From Candidatus Gottesmanbacteria bacterium (GTDB taxonomy: Bacteria; Patescibacteriota; Microgenomatia; UBA10105; UBA927): a stretch of 64,000 bases of DNA. The stretch is from assembly GCA_963809665.1 (NCBI GenBank), contig CAWEKC010000003.1:25277-89276 (forward strand), given 5' to 3'. Below, piece after piece: positions 63,094 to 64,000 of the stretch. Both the position numbers and the translations under genes were made by a program. The notes beneath the pieces were generated by a model. The model was not told the origin of the DNA. It did not search any database and worked only from the letters and a program-made list of their open reading frames with translations. How positions within the stretch are numbered: the stretch's first letter is position 1; the number at the start of each line of letters is the position of its first letter.

Positions 63094-63559
63094 AAAAAAT
63101 CCGATCACGATAATTGTTGATAACGTACTGGATACATATAATGTGGGATCCATTTTCCGTCTGGCGGATGCCGTGGCGGCCCGAAAGGTTATCTTGTGCG
63201 GAGCGACCCTCACCCCTCCCAACTCGCGGATTAAAAAGGCGTCAATCAACACCACAGGCTGGGTGACGTGGGATTATGAAAAAAACACCATGGATGCTGT
63301 GGATAAACTGAAAGAACAGGGGGTCAAGATTGTGGCTGTCGAACAGGATCCCAGAAGTAAACCATTCTACCGGGTTACGTACGAATTCCCTTTGGCTATA
63401 ATTGTCGGCAATGAAACGACGGGAATTGCCACAGACGTACTGGATGCATCGGATCTGATCGTCGAGCTCCCGATGTGGGGGATAAATAAAAGCTTAAATG
63501 TCATGGTCAGCTGCGGCATAATTCTCTACGAGATCATGAAGCAGGCGCGCTTGACTTAG
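63026..63559 (+). CDS. SpoU/TrmH family RNA 2'-O-methyltransferase
   Basis: ITIIVDNVLDTYNVGSIFRLADA, GNETTGI and ELPMWGINKSLNVMVSCGIILYE motifs. The ATG ORF overlaps the PAP2 gene by 68 nt, so the true start may be a non-ATG codon further downstream. Confidence 0.7.
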   Translation: MLKLNAKELRTTPVDPEAAKDIKKNPITIIVDNVLDTYNVGSIFRLADAVAARKVILCGATLTPPNSRIKKASINTTGWVTWDYEKNTMDAVDKLKEQGVKIVAVEQDPRSKPFYRVTYEFPLAIIVGNETTGIATDVLDASDLIVELPMWGINKSLNVMVSCGIILYEIMKQARLT

Positions 63560-63633
63560 CCCCCGTATCCCCCTATAATTGACAAGCAATGAGTGCCTAA
63601 GCCGTAAGACCATTGGTAAAAGGGTACAACCGT

Positions 63634-63657
63634 CCCGACCAACTGGTCGGGTTTTTT
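63634..63657 (+). terminator. Rho-independent terminator CCCGACC-AACT-GGTCGGG-TTTTTT
   Basis: Perfect 7-bp GC-rich stem followed by T6. Confidence 0.7.
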
Positions 63658-63743
63658 GGCCTCATTTTGCCTCGTTCTTTGACACTCAAATGGTGGTAGG
63701 AATTTTAATTAATGTAAGCAGTAACATGTCTTACGTTAATTCT

Positions 63744-64000
63744 TTTTGAGAGTTTGATCCTGGCTCAGGATAAACGCTGGCGGCGTGCCTTAAGCATGCA
63801 AGTCGTACGGAGATTGTGCATAGCACTAAGATAATTAGTGTTTGCTCTCCATAACTTGTTATGCCAAGCACATAATGTCAGTCATTCATATGTATTTTTT
63901 GGCGTAACGAGTGGAGCAAATGATTCTAATTATTTTCGTGCTATGCATGAAATCAGTGGCGGACGGGTGAGTATAAGCAAGGAACGTACCCTTTATTGTG
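63744..64000 (+). rRNA. rrs: 16S rRNA, 5' partial (continues beyond the window), with an expanded V1 (helix 6) region
   Basis: Contains GAGAGTTTGATCCTGGCTCAG...GCAAGTCG...CAGTGGCGGACGGGTGAGTA. About 150 nt lie between GCAAGTCG and AGTGGCGGACGGGTGAG, against about 40 nt typically. Confidence 0.9.

Overview
This window is a roughly 50% GC bacterial segment with strong Candidate-Phyla-Radiation / Patescibacteria character. Supporting observations: overlapping compact genes, many secreted or surface proteins, a dockerin domain, weak Shine-Dalgarno signals, a split ribosomal-protein cluster, and a 16S rRNA start with an expanded V1 region at the window end.

The left 19 kb is dominated by an unusual cell-surface locus:
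- a membrane protein fusing an Xis-type HTH to a Cache sensor domain (17-1963);
- overlapping its stop, a roughly 11 kb collagen-like Gly-X-Y gene (1960-13142). It is built from near-perfect 729-bp tandem repeats, has a beta-rich C-terminal globular domain, and carries a cluster of frame-disrupting indels in its middle repeats;
- 2 nt downstream, a 1430-aa secreted protein with an embedded M23 (LytM) peptidoglycan-peptidase domain;
- then a LytR_C membrane protein and a sensor-less PAS protein.
I interpret this as a candidate host-attachment / cell-wall-attack module.

The rest of the window is mostly housekeeping genes:
- ribosomal-protein genes rplL, rplJ, rplA, rplK, rpmG, rpmB;
- nusG, secE, purB, purA, def, fmt, mreB, PBP2, dprA, topA, galU, galT, deoC, rpe, tdh-kbl;
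- tRNA-Trp, two tRNA-Thr and tRNA-Tyr.

The classical rpmG / tRNA-Trp / secE-nusG-rplKAJL cluster is interrupted by about 9 kb of surface and cell-wall genes, including a dockerin protein, a PKD protein, a PIG-L deacetylase, an L,D-transpeptidase and a trypsin-like TAT lipoprotein.

Several genes carry single-base frameshifts at homopolymers (mreB, an M50 protease, a small repeat protein). This suggests assembly indel errors or pseudogenes.
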